A program made the translations under genes and the position numbers. From the NCBI GenBank assembly GCA_001949185.1, contig BDGG01000003.1:1710725-1774724 (forward strand): a stretch of DNA of 64,000 nucleotides, written 5' to 3'. Under the pieces are notes generated by a model. The model saw only the letters and a list, made by a program, of their open reading frames with translations, did not search any database and was not told the origin of the DNA. Each line of letters begins with the position of its first letter. Positions within the stretch are counted from its first letter, which is position 1. Below, in pieces: positions 10,750 through 26,900 of the stretch. Origin of the DNA: Ramazzottius varieornatus (Eukaryota > Animalia > Tardigrada).

Positions 10750-12290
10750 ATGCCCAAGATTACGCCACGAGCGAGTGTTCGCAGGAGCAAGACACCGGGC
10801 CCCAAGTCTGTCAACGTGACGTCCAGCCAGCCTGTTGTCCAGACCAATGAAGTCTTCGACGAAGACAACCAGCGCGTATACGCCTCGTCTGATGGATCGT
10901 TGGGATCAGAGACCGACCTCCATACTACCCACACAATGAACGTCCAAGAAGTGAAAGGCCGCGCTGAAAACCACGGAGATGACCGCGGGTATGTCTAATC
11001 GGCCCGCGAGTCGCGTTTTAGCGAATACAACTGCCTGCCGTAACTTGCCGGAGTTACCATTCCAAAACTATGCTACAGATTTTTACGATTCTCTGATCTT
11101 TCCTACCAGACTTTTATCCTAACAGTATTGACAAAGAACCAGACAGAGTAACTGGGATATTCTTGTTGTGCGTCTCTTGCTGAGAAATAGAACAAGCATT
11201 TACTGTAGCGGGAACTTTTTTCCGTTGAAGAAGCGGCAAGAAGCACGGAAACTCCAGCGACGAGGAAGACGAGCCCACCTACCAGGCTCCTCCTCCCAAG
11301 CCCGTGTCAAAAGAGTCCAAGCGTGTCCGCACTGACGAAGCGCAAGAAGGCCAGACAGAAAATAAGACTCGTCCGGTAGTCGCCGTCCACGACGTGACCG
11401 ACGACGACAAGACCGTCGCCCGTCTGTCCAACCGACGCGGAGAAGAGACCACAGCAGGCGACGCAACGGACTTGCAAGTAAGCTTGCCCCGAAAGCTCGA
11501 CCCGTCACTAGTCCTCGTCTTGGACACCAACATCCTCCTTGAAGAGAAGGGTCTTGACTTTATGGAGAAGTTCGCCAAAGGAACCTTCGACAGCTACCTG
11601 CCTTCCATCATCATCGTCATTCCCCAAGTCGTCTTCCTCGAACTCGATCGCCATAAGATTACTCGCATTGGCGACATGGCTTTCAAAGCTCGACGGGCCG
11701 TCCGCTTCCTGGAGGACAATATGGGAGTAACCAGCCCGGGTGGCTGCGACAATAATGACCCGAAAGGTCTGAAGCACAAACGCTCACGGCTCAATATCAA
11801 CATTGTGATTTGACTGAGTCTTCATGTGGAAAATGGCAAAGGCTTGAATCACATCGTATTTCCAATTGGCGCACACTTCCAACCAGTAACATGAAAGCGT
11901 GCGCCACATGGAGTACCGTTGTGGTTCGGTTGAATTGACCACGTGCTAGTCATTATGCTAATTCTTATTTTTATCATCGCAGACAAGGGCAAAGAGAGCG
12001 CCTACTCGGATTTCTCCAAACGCATTGTAGGTCAGTCGATAGCCAAGTTTACGGAAGGATCGAAAGAATACCTGCAGCAGACTCCCGATGACCACTTCCT
12101 CATTTGCGCCCTTCAGCTCCAGGCGCAGTACAAGGGTAACGTCGTCAATGGTCGTACACGCATTTGGCCGATTACAAATGACCGCGTACTGCGAACACGC
12201 TGTTACGTCAACGGACTGAATGCTCGTTCACTGGATTTGCTTCTGGAGAACATCGAGAAGAAGCGTCTGGGCAGACCTTCATTACTTTAG
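10750..12290 (+). CDS. SWT1-like PIN-domain ribonuclease, 3 exons, about 360 aa
   Basis: Exons 10750-10988, 11231-11766 and 11983-12290 splice in frame. Motifs VLVLDTNILL, IVIPQVVFLELDRHK, ARRAVRFL, PDDHFLICALQ and ITNDRVLR retain all four acidic PIN residues. Confidence 0.85.
11834..11945. mobile_element. Palindromic MITE-like element, copy 4 (PIN gene intron)
   Basis: CCAATTGGCGCAC...GTGCGCCACATGG. Confidence 0.75.
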
Positions 12291-12727
12291 ATGAATGTTG
12301 ACATGGACGGTGTTTTTTGGTGATTACTGTAGATTTAAGTTTTCGAACTTTGGTCTTATCGGTGTGTCGGACCCAAATGTGACGTAATTTTCGATTGCCG
12401 GCTACTTTGATCTCAGGGGAGCGCTTTTATCGAACACAATAAAAAAAGATAGGACTTCGCTTCCAGAATTGTCCTTGTAACAACCGCTTGTGCCAGGAAC
12501 GAACGTGGTCTTGACCACTTTTTCCAACAACGTTTAGGTTATGCAAATTCGAGATGGAGATAACCACTTGCAAATGTTTTCCCAAAACTTCCGTTTTTCT
12601 GCCAGTACGGTCCCAGGGAATTTCCGCGCCAGGACGCAGGGAACAATATTCCGGAGATGCTTCTGACTAGCGAATCAGTTCTCCTCGGTCTAAGTTGCGC
12701 GTACTGGTTTCTGGTTTGTAGTTCAAG

Positions 12728-14053
12728 ATGGGTTCTTGGAGTCATATCGTGATGATGGTGTCCGTGATCGTTCTCATTAGTGCTCTGCAGCTAGCCTCGG
12801 CGGCCTATCGGCAGGAAGAGGTCGTCATCAAGAAGAAGGTTTACACAAACTACACCGGATCAATGGACCAAGCGGACGATGGGTACTCCACCAGCAACGA
12901 CGCCTACGGACAGGAGAAGGTGCACAAGGCCTACGCGAACTCCACCGACATGAACCGGGACGACGACAATCCGGACCAAGGCGCGGAGATGGATGGCCAG
13001 TACGACGAACCGAAACCCGTGGTTTACGGTAGCGCTAAAAAGAGGTACCGTAGAAAATTGAACGTGCTTTCTTCTCGAAGCAAATGTACAAGCCTCATAT
13101 TTTTAATCATGTTCATATATTTTATTCATATTTTAGTTTGTATTTTAATCTTTGTATTCATATTTTAATTAAATGTATTAGCTACGAAGAAAACCTGGTT
13201 CGATAATGTGTCCGTGAGGGAGCTAGACTCAGTGTGTGTTTGTGTTTCCAGTAAGTACGCTAAGCCAGCCTACGTTGAAGAGGAGGAATACACCACGAAG
13301 TCGTACCAGAAACCAGAGTACAAGACCACCACCGAAGCCTACGCGGAAGATGAGTACCTGCCCGAAGAGAAATACGAAGCCCCCAAGAAGACCTACTACA
13401 AGGCCACCACCACGACCAAGAGCTACAAGAAACCCATGCATTACAAAACCACCACGGTAGCTTACGCGGAAGAGGAGTACATGCCCGAAGAGAAGTACGT
13501 GGCGCCCAAGAAGACGTACTACACAACCACCACCAAGGCCTACAAGAAACCCGAATACAAGACCACGCAAGAGTATGTGGAAGAGGAAGAGTACACCACC
13601 CAGCCCTACAAGAAGGTCTACAAGCAGCCAGTCTACGCTACTGCGGCCTACGAGGAAGAACAGGAATACGAAGTACCCAAGAAGGAATACAAGGTGAGAT
13701 ACACCACCACGACCAAGAAGCCGTACAAGAAGGTAGTGTACACCACGGCAGCCTATGAGGAACCAACCTACGAAGAACCCAAATATGAAGCTCGTAAGTC
13801 TGAACTTTCGTCCCCATATTGTCTCCTTCATTTTTATGTTTCCATTGCTTTGGCTTCCCTAGCTAAACAAGAGTACGCACCAAAGAAGGAATCCTACGAG
13901 ACGAAGAAGAAGCCTTATGACGCTAAGATGGAGAAGCAGATGGGATACCCAAAGAACGCCACCGTTGTGAACATCAGAATCGTCGGTCCGAACGGCTACA
14001 AGAATATGACCGTCGTCAAGAAGCAGGGTGAAAAGGCAATGGTGTACCAGTAA
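12728..14053 (+). CDS. Secreted Tyr/Glu/Lys/Thr-rich repeat protein (putative structural: cuticle, eggshell or adhesive)
   Basis: Signal peptide MGSWSHIVMMVSVIVLISALQLASA. Exons 12728-13044, 13252-13793 and 13863-14053. Repeats of about 40 aa, e.g. KPEYKTTTEAYAEDEYLPEEKYEAPKKTYY. Confidence 0.85.
13095..13172. repeat. AT-rich degenerate tandem repeat (TCATATTTTA-like units) in an intron
   Basis: catatttttaatcatgttcatatattttattcatattttagtttgtattttaatc. Confidence 0.6.
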
Positions 14054-14155
14054 GTCATCCCGAAGCCTCACCCACCAAGGACCAATCGAGCAAACTACGA
14101 AGAACTCAGGTTGTTTCACTCAGCTGCACAGAAGAAAAAAGTTCGAGTTTGTGTT

Positions 14156-15763
14156 TTAGTACGTGTCCATGTAATCATAGTCTGGCGGAGAACCGCCTCC
14201 ATCATCACAACAGCTATCATCGTCACAACAATTACACTGACTAGGAAGACGATCAATATTCGCTCTCAGAATTGACGCTTTCTCGTCAGCAAGCAATTGA
14301 AAAAGAGAAGGTGTGTTGGTACGGTATGAGTAGTTATCGTAATGGCGATATTTGGTTAGACTCAGTTCATCGCGGAGTAACTTCAGCACGGCATTCTTGC
14401 ATCTTTCACCAGTAGGCATCTTCTCGGCTTTCTCTAGCTGCGACCAGTAGTTTTGACCATCGTAGAAGGCGATCCACAGGAAGAGATTGCTGGTAAACGT
14501 GAAGCCTGTATACGAACAAACCAGCGGCTCGTACGCTCCGTACGACTTCAAGAACTTGATCTTGTCTTCTGACAGACAAGGGCATACAGCCAAAGTATAA
14601 TCCCAGTCCAACTTGACCTCAACTAAAGGATTGTCCAGACAAACAAAACCGTAGTATACGGCCAGTTTGTTGTTGTCATGTGCGCCGTAGTTGATGAAGA
14701 CCTGGTCGCCTGCTTTATACGCTGTCTCGGTGAAGATCTCGAAGGTTTGCCCTCCGGCGTTCCACTCGATCCTTACCTACAAGAAAGAAAACCAATTTTC
14801 ACTGTTTGCTGGATGGTACATACAGAAGTGCCTGTTCCGAGAACCTTGCCAAACCGAACCAAACGCACAGATGAACTAGTTACTATCAGCAATTCGCGCA
14901 TGACGTCACCAACTACCGCGCAAACAACAGGCGGCTGATGACGTCCTACACCGCTCGGACTGTCAGCACGGATTCGGGTTTTACGCTTGGTCTTCCTACG
15001 ACGCCGCATTTGACAATCTTGCCTGTGCGTGGGGAGAATGGTTGAGGAGATCAACGAACGGAACAAGAGCTGGCTGCTGCTGGTCGATGTAGAGCGAGCG
15101 AGTGGCGACGACAAACCAAGCCCACATGAAGCGTTCTTTATTGAAGATGCCTCTCAGCGAGCCCAGCTCCGACGCCGTGACTGCGCTGATATTCTTCCAG
15201 CTTTTACAGTATTCTCCATGCTGTACACGGAGCAGGTCCTCCACGTCACTATCGCCCGATCCAAAGGATGTTTCATCGTGATCCCTGAGAAGAAACGGGT
15301 AGAGGGGGTTGGTGAAGGTGCGTGGTAGAGAAGCGATGTAAGGCGCGTAAGGGGAAGATGCACCGACAGAGTCTTCGTACATCAAGAACAACACTAGACA
15401 ATCCAAGGGCGCTGTTTTAGGTAGTTCTCCCGCACCGCGAAAGGCTGGATGAGAAGAGACCCGTGCCGCGGTAAAACAACGCGGTGCAGCGCATCGAAGA
15501 AGGCGACTTCCGGCGGAAATAGGGACTGTAGCTCTCAACCCACGGCCCGTATCTGTGAAGCGACAAGATGATCTAGGCAAGCTTGAGCCCCAACATGTCT
15601 AACCCCTCCTCCGAAGCCACTAATTTTTACCTGGGAAGTCGTAGGCCACTAAGCCGCATGTGTCCAAATGCGGCGACATCCATCGCAACAGGCTATCCAT
15701 CGTGAAGTCGCGCTTGCGGCTGCCCGAGTCGGTTTTCGCCAGAACTTTCCGAGGTTTGCCCAT
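14156..15763 (-). CDS. SETD4: SET-domain lysine methyltransferase SETD4-like, 3 exons
   Basis: FP/DTGRGLRAT, SPYAPYIASLP, FMWAWFVVATRSLY, ALVPFVDLLNHSP and QVFINYGAHDNNKLAVYYGFV. The second intron 14777-15022 has a GC donor. Confidence 0.88.
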
Positions 15764-17628
15764 TGGATAGGTCAATAACGTACTCCTACTTCCCTTGGTC
15801 CTCACACTGGAAGTCGCGGGTAGGACGGTGAGACCCGTCGAGACTGGTGAGAGTGAGACTGAGGAGAGTCAGAGCGAGAAGATGGAAATTTTGTTGTGGT
15901 TTTCAATTTCAAATTGACTTTGTTACACATACATGAGCTGCTAAAGGGGGCCTTGCCGGAACGTCAAACACACTCATCGAGCGATTGATTGATTGATTAC
16001 GTTCCGCTAACAAATAGGTAGGACCGGTATGGTGTACGTCATATGTTGATGATACACAGTACGTAATGTGATGTAATCTACTAACAAAACTCAAGATGAG
16101 CTCTCCATTCAATCAAGGAATCCGAGCAACAGAAGAAAACCGTGTCGCCAAACACAAGCAACCGCTGGGCTGCAAAAAGCGTGAGTGATATAGTTTGAAC
16201 CGGGTGTCTTTGTGTGGAAGTCTACACCACGTACACATCACTCTTTGCTAATGACGTTTTCGTCGTTTTCGCCGTAATCGGCAGCTTGCGGTTTTGGCAG
16301 GCCGTGTGTAAGCGGAGCCCCCTTTTGGCAGCTCATCACTGGACTTTGTACAAAAGTGGCAAGTACCGAGTACAAGTGCCGTACTATACAGTTTACAATA
16401 GTCGAGTCGAAGTCCAGCTGGACCACGCTGAACTCCGGGCCCCCACTGTGAGGTGAAGGGGCCGGAGCTCGGCCTTGAGAGATTGCCGCGCCGATGCGGT
16501 AGTTGCAACTTGCAACTGGCAACCACGAGTGGCTCGATATGCCGAACGCACTGAGAGCGGGGTAAACAGGCCAATGCGAGAGCGAGGCCTGAGCTGCTTT
16601 CTCTTGGACCAGGTTGCCTTCACCGTGTTTACGTGGTACGTGCCTCGCTGGCTGATCAAGCCTGGTTTCTACCCCGAGCACTTTTGTGTTATGTAAACCT
16701 TGAACCATCTGCTGCGTCCTGTCAGAGAAAGCCTTCGCGTGAATCGCGTCACCGCACGCAGGAATCAGTGTCATTTTCCTCGATTATTTTTTCTTTTGGT
16801 GTAAGTTGCCAGCAGTCATTTCCTTCTGATCGTTTGTTGCTGTGAAGAATATGTAAGTCGAGGCATGAGAGCGAACGATTACGTCCCTAAGGCTGACTGA
16901 AGTCCAATTCGGTGGCAGCATTTTACAGCCAGCGGAAGCGATTACAAGCCTTTATTGTGACGTCGACATCGTCAGCAGGCAGCAGAAATTTCATCTTCTC
17001 TGGAAAGCCTTCTGTACTTGTGACTCTCTTTTGAATTTTTCAGCTCACGGAATCGTTTCCTTCGTCCAACCGTCCTGATTCCTGAGAAGGTATGCAAGAC
17101 GGTTACTTCGCTGTAATGGTCAACCTGGTCTCTTTTCTCCTTGACCCCTTTTGCTGACACCGTAGCACCAAAACTCTTGCCAACTATCCGCATTTTATTT
17201 CGTCTTCAGCGGGAAACAGCTATTTTGAGATAATCCACTTGACCACGACCTGAAAAACCCATTTCTTATCGAGAAACAGGACTTTCTACGCGGAAGAAGC
17301 CATACATTATAATTTTTCAAATTTGAGACTGATTGCAGTTGATTTGCTGTCTGCTGTTGATTGACTTACAGTCCGTTTCAATTGGCGCGTCGCGTCAGCT
17401 GTTTTGGTTCGGCTGACTCAGCGTTCTGTGTTGGTCACGTGATGAAATAATGTTGGTGAGCTTGATTGATGGAAGTTGATTTTGCGCTTTTGGTTGTACG
17501 GTACGATTGATTTACATCTAATAAATTCATTTTTAGGATTGTTTTTCTTGTTTTCTCCAGGTTGATCGAAGTTGGAGGATATCGACGAAAAGAGTGACGT
17601 ATCTTGACGATTGGATGACTCCCTGCCA

Positions 17629-22791
<5,163 letters not shown>

Positions 22792-23916
22792 AGGAAGTGT
22801 CGGGATGTTTTTTTCCATTAATCATACCACTTTTCACCGGAATTTGCTTTTTCTTCTGGCTGCAATTCAAATATTCGCGTTTAAGTCTAAAACTGTGCGC
22901 CACCGACGAGATCCATGTCTACGTGCAGATGTACGGGGAAGTTGTTTGGATGCGTCGAGTTTCGTTTGTGACGTCGTTGCATGGTCAACCGGGTAGCGTA
23001 GAAGTGCGCCGTGTTTGGAACGTGGCGGAACAGACAAGCGTGATTATGCGCCACGTTTCTTCTCTAGCTGAATTGCGGTACTGCTGTTCAATAACCTCGT
23101 CCTTGTATTTTGAGCTTTCATATTTTGGAATCTTCTGTGCCGTGGAAGGATGTCGAATGATTGCAGTAGTCGTTTGGAACAAAGACAGACGAGGAGTTTC
23201 GTTGGAGGATTCCAAGGGATCGCGTTGGACGGATAATGTTCATGATTTTGCTTTTACCTCACACCTGTTAGACTAACCTCTGCTTGGACTTCTGTACTTG
23301 AATTTGCTCCTGTCAACCTGATGTGGACGAAAATGTTACTTTCGTTACTTCGCGAACGCTCTGTGCTTTTTTTGTGGCCGCAGCAGACAAACTTCCTTGC
23401 CCCAATTGGGGTACTGTTAATACCGTGCTTGCCCCTCTTTCTTTTGTCTACCAGTATGTTTACGAGTCGGATCAGTGGGTTCTTCATAAAAGAATGTGCG
23501 CCAGCAATACTTTCCTCTGCCGAAATACTAATAAATACAAGTCTTCAAGGACCGAAAACTACGGCAAGAAAACTGTAGAAAATCACAGACCGGAATTTTT
23601 GCATTTGAGCGAACTCGCAGCCACTGCCGGGTCTATAACAGTTCTGAGCTGCTGTTAGCACGCAGATGGAACAGCAAAGAGAATGGACTTTTTCCAATCG
23701 AGGATCAGCAACTGTAGCTCGCCGCCATCATTGCTTGGCCCTATCACCCATGCTTGCTGCTTCATCGGTTCGCCTTACTTGGTTGCCCAAAGCGAAAACC
23801 AAGCAGAGAACTATGTGTTACCCGTTGCCCGTGGTTCATTCGTGCCGTTTCCTCCGGAGTTTCTCAATATGCCAATCTTTGGCTGGGACGGTTGGGAACT
23901 CCGGAGCAGCAGCTAG

Positions 23917-26900
23917 TCATATGGTGATCTCAAAAGCCTTCCTGCTTTTCTTGAACTCAAACGGTGGCTGTGGTGTCTGGTTGACATGGTTGGATTGAAC
24001 CGCCCTGTGCTTCATCTCATCAAGAGAATTCGACGTCGGTATGACGATTCCTCCAGGTTGCGCCACATTGTTCGCATACTTGGGTAAGCTCACCGAACTG
24101 AAGACCGAGGTGACATCGTCCACCGGCGATGTCACGGGCGTCACTTCCGGGTCCATCGGTATCAGCGTCGGTGTGGCTATCAAGACGTTGTTCGGTACGA
24201 GGCTGTGGTGAGGTTTTGGTCGGTTGCCCTCAGGAGGAACAGGCTGCGTTGGCTCCATCAGCTCGGCTGTTTCGTCGGAAGGTGAGCTGGGCGTGTGAAG
24301 ACCAGGCGGTGGGTACGACGGGTAGGGCAGACAGGAAGTCACGCTGTTGGTACAGGTCGCCAGATTATGCGGCCTGACAACATCGTCCGGCATTATTCCG
24401 GCTGCTTCTGTCATGGCGTGGAGCTTCATGGTCAGGTGGGGGTTCCCGAGACGCATGTTCTGTGTCTTGAGCAGTTCCAGTTGCAAGTACAACCGCTTAA
24501 ACTCATCCTGAAAGCCCAAGTTCGTTTAGACTGTCGGAAGCTCAGCAAACACACTTAGTCAAGTCGTTCTCCTGAGTGGCGCAGATTTCTAGCTAATAAC
24601 ACTGGGAACATGCGCCACTTGCGAGAACAAACTTGTCATGTTTTCCAATTGGCGCACGCTTCCAGCCAACATGGCCGAGGACGTGCGCCACTCCAGAAAA
24701 CGGTCCGATGAAGTTGGGTTACTGAGCACTCAGTTATCTTTCCGAACCATACCTGGACTTCTTTGGGGGTCAAGTTTCCAGGTAACTGCCCCTTGTACGA
24801 GTCATGGTTGCAGTTGAGCGTAGCTGCAGAAGTACTGGATGAAGTCAGCGGAACCCCAGCTCGGTCTTTCTTCTTCGTTATGAACTTGGCGCTACTCCTT
24901 GTAGGTTCGGCGTTGGTGGTCGCCGCGTGATCTGAGCTACCTTTACCCATACCTTTGTACACCATGTAAGCCTGTAAACAGCGAAAGTCCCAGACTTAAA
25001 ACTCGACCGAGAACTTTCGTGGAAGGACGAGGGCTGGCTCACTTTGCTTCCAAATAGAAGAACGAGAACGACGGTGGTGGTGAGTTGTGAATGAGCAAAG
25101 AGGATAATGTACAGTACGTCGGGATTGGCGTATCGTTGTAAAAACAACCTACGATACAACGAAAATCGGGTTGGAATAGTACTATTAGGTCATCAGCGAA
25201 ACAAGGTCTCGGCTGCTTACATGGAAATGTTGAGGAAGAGGGATAACAAGAATTCGTTGTAGATGGCCCAGCTGATGAATTTACTCTCATTAAACTCTGA
25301 CGGGGCTTTGCGGACCACAAAGCACAGCTTGATACCCCACAATAACAGCAGCAATTCGCCTATCAATTGGAAAAAAGATTGAAATGAGAGGGACGAAGTT
25401 GTTTTGGGGCAGAGGAAGGGGATGGTGAAATGAAGGATTTACCGCCTGCTTGAGCATAATCCCAGTAATCCATCTGGCATAGGAAAGCTTTGAGGTTGTC
25501 GTCAGTCACGCCGACTTTGACTTCGGGTGGCGCGACTACTGTGCGTACGGTCAGGTAGAAGGCGAAGAACCCGACGATGAGGCACAACCTTTTCACCAGG
25601 TTGTTGTCGGTTATCTTCACCCTTTGGGCGGAACGAACTCGAAAGACTACGGATATTCTGTGGGAAAAACGTCAGAGTGAGGTACCGGTGCTGGTATCCA
25701 TCGAGGGTTCTTTCATACATTGGATATCACAGGCGAGAACAAAATTTTAATCAAAAATCATTTTATGGGCGATTGAAAACCTGCAGTATCCCTTTTTTCG
25801 GTACGCACAGCTTTTACTTTGTAAAGATGATCGGATACCTGAATATCCAAACTCACCTCCAGGTTTTCAACAGTATGGCGCCATAGGAAACGGCGAAGCC
25901 GACGCCACGAAGCCATACTCGTGCCGTACAGGAAACGACTGAAGGGACGGGATAAAGGACAATAATCTGCAGATCATACAGAACGTGATCAGCAAATCCG
26001 ACTTAACATTATCGAGACCCAAAGATGTCGGCCAAGTTCGATCTGATCCTCGCTGGACAACTGAGCGGAAAGATCAGAAGAAGGAACCTGGTCCGACTTG
26101 GGCTTACCGGTCCGTAAAGAAGGAAAGCTCCGACAAGGACCATACGCAGGAGGACGGGGGACGCCGCTTTGATCACTTTCACCTCGGCATACTGGAAGGT
26201 AAAGTAGAAAAGAACAGGTAGGCACGCCATGACGATGATGGCCGCTACCAAGATGGCGGTTCGCAAGGACCAGTTCAGTGCCGCTATACAGGGCGAGGCA
26301 TCCTTGCAGCCTTCCGTGCATCCTTCCGCACAAGGAAGACATATAAATCCCGTTTCATACGTGTTGTTCAATCCCTAGAGCAGATCAAAACCTTTCTGAC
26401 GCGAAATCCGGGAGAAAACCCAGCTAAGCAATCAAAGTAACGCACACGATTGGCAATCCGTGAATTATGCCCTGCTGTTGTACAGTAACTGTACAGCACA
26501 GACCGGGTGAAAATATTCGGTGCGGGAATCCACTCCGCTAGTTCATGGCTTTTTCATTGTGTCTGACGTTACCTGCGAGCGTTTCTCGAATTCTTGTTCG
26601 ATAATCGTGCCGTTGAAGTGGTCGTGGCCATTTTCGTACGCTGCCTTGTCGGGGAAATAGTAGCCATGTTGGCATCGACAGACGTAACTTCCGCGGCTGA
26701 ACCCCAAGCCGGAAATGGGTTCACACTACAAAAGCGACATGAGTGCATTTTGGGGGTCAAATCGGCATAGCGCGTGCCGGGACGGCTAATGTTTTTCGGT
26801 GTCTTGTGCACTTTGGCGATTAGCAACTGTCGAGCTCACCTGTGTCGTGGGTTTGCATTTGGCACTTCCGGCAAACACGTTTTTATCCGTACTTCCGGGC

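Noticed and set aside
13229-13831. 200-aa hydrophobic ORF resembling a membrane protein
   Set aside because: Antisense shadow of the Tyr/Lys/Glu/Thr repeat exon.
16214-16845. Cluster of ORFs between SETD4 and HIPK
   Set aside because: No homology signal; more likely HIPK 5' UTR, with donor-like GTAAGT at 16801 and 16853.
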